Below, in pieces: positions 62,750 through 64,000 of a stretch of 64,000 nt of DNA. The notes under the pieces are model-generated. The model ran no database searches and was not told where the DNA came from. It saw nothing but the letters and a program-made list of their open reading frames with translations. The position numbers and the translations under genes are program-made. Every line of letters starts with the position of its first letter. The first letter of the stretch is position 1. Location: contig OY253679.1 in assembly GCA_958009085.1 (NCBI GenBank), positions 372,001 through 436,000 of the forward strand, given 5' to 3'. This DNA comes from Protoeuglena noctilucae (lineage: Eukaryota).

Positions 62750-63201
62750 GTCGTTCGCCTCAAACACCACAGGCCGGGCGGCCGGGTGGAACGGCGCTGG
62801 GCGCCACGAAACCACCGGCGTGCGATCCCCGGGCGCGGCGCTCGCAGACTCGGGGCCCGTGCGACGGGAGAAAGGTAACGCCTCACACCCGCAGCGGTTC
62901 GGGTGCGAGGAGGGATGGGGTGGGGAAAGTCGCCCAGGACGACACACACAGACAAGGTGGATCGCAACACCGACGCCAACCTATGTGTGGGGGAAGGCGT
63001 GCAATCGACGTGGGCGGCGACCGGCCGGGGGCTTTGGTGCCCGTCGCGACACACTGATCTGACACAGTCAGACTGACACTCGGGGCGCGACGCATTGACA
63101 ATGCCATTGTTCGCTCGATTGGCCGTCGCGCATCGCTAGAACAACGCATACTGAGACTCGCGGTATCCTCACTGGGGAGGAGAACATCTGCTCTCGACAA
63201 T

Positions 63202-63982
63202 ATGGCCGAGAAGGTCGAGCTGGACCAGGAGGCCAAGCTCCTGGCCAAATATGGTGGTCTTAAGCCCAAGAAGAAGACCGGCCTGATGGCGCAGGTGCCC
63301 CCTCGGTTTCACTGCCAAACCTGCGGTCAACGCCCTGCGGGGCCTCGCTCGCCCCCCATCGCGCCATGCCCGGGCTTTGTTTTTGTTATGCTCCGCCTGA
63401 ATCGCGCCCTTCTCGGGTGTCGGGGGCCTTCTGTGATCTGCCGCGGGGGCGCGTACGTGAGCGACGATGCCTCGAGCGGCACCGCTACACGCCACCTCCT
63501 GGCCCCCTGCTTATGCCCACAGGATCACAAGTTTTTCGACAGCGCAGACTGGAGCATGCAGCAGCAGCAGCAGCAGCAGCAGCCGGCCATCAGGCACGGT
63601 GACAGGTAACTTGGGCTTGCGGAGCCTCTCACGCGAGGGCTTAGCCGTCTCTCGGGCCGACGTTCTGCGACGTGACCCTTGCAGGGCCGAGGAGGCCGAG
63701 GGCGCCACGCCGAACAGCTCCACGCGCCCGTCCTACGAGCTCACCCGGCAAGACGCCGACGACGACGTCCTCGGCCGCACCGAGGTGAGCTGCCGTTTGC
63801 GTGGCTGCACGGCCGTCTCCACGAAACGCCGCCTGTGCTGCACCACCACGCATTGACATCCCTCTCCTGTCCATCCCTCGCAGTCCCTGGAGGTGCGCTT
63901 GGCGGAGATGCAGCGGGCGCGCTCGCGCCGTGGTTCTCTCGAGATGCGCCACGGGGCGCCACGCCCGAAGCTGGCCCCCTGA
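63202..63982 (+). CDS. ENSA: Endosulfine/ARPP19 family PP2A inhibitor (4 exons)
   Basis: EAKLLAKYGGLKPKKK...|DHKFFDSADWSM (FDSADW phosphosite motif); poly-Q (CAG)8; stop 63980-63982. Confidence 0.92.
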
Positions 63983-64000
63983 AGTCGCAGAATCGCGGGA

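Overview
Gene-dense, very GC-rich, intron-rich nuclear DNA of a green alga (plastid-targeted transketolase, IGPD, ArgJ, PSRP6; standard genetic code; two 200-N scaffold gaps). The ORF track is mostly spurious antisense or overlapping frames, so genes were reconstructed by eye from exons. 1-8.9 kb is an accessory block: scrambled fragments of an L1/Tx1-type non-LTR retrotransposon flanking a lower-GC multi-exon orphan (pseudo)gene, partly duplicated across a gap. It is followed by tRNA-Lys(CTT) and an orphan tRNA 3' half inside a hairpin-rich stretch. The rest is about 17 mostly housekeeping genes, many in head-to-head pairs: EF-hand protein, TRM1, small membrane protein, ANGUSTIFOLIA/CtBP-like, PSRP6, RPL36a, transketolase, MAU2/SCC4, MCM3, coiled-coil protein, IGPD, ArgJ, DUF3245-like, eIF2B-epsilon, NOC3, URT1-like TUTase, RRM protein, endosulfine. 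The most unusual signal is intron architecture: (i) about 20 introns contain degenerate 'echo' copies of their own exon-intron junction, often differing from the working exon at synonymous or conservative positions, (ii) at least 14 GC-AG donors, (iii) long introns with G-rich 5' halves and C-rich 3' halves. All splice models are manual inferences without RNA data.
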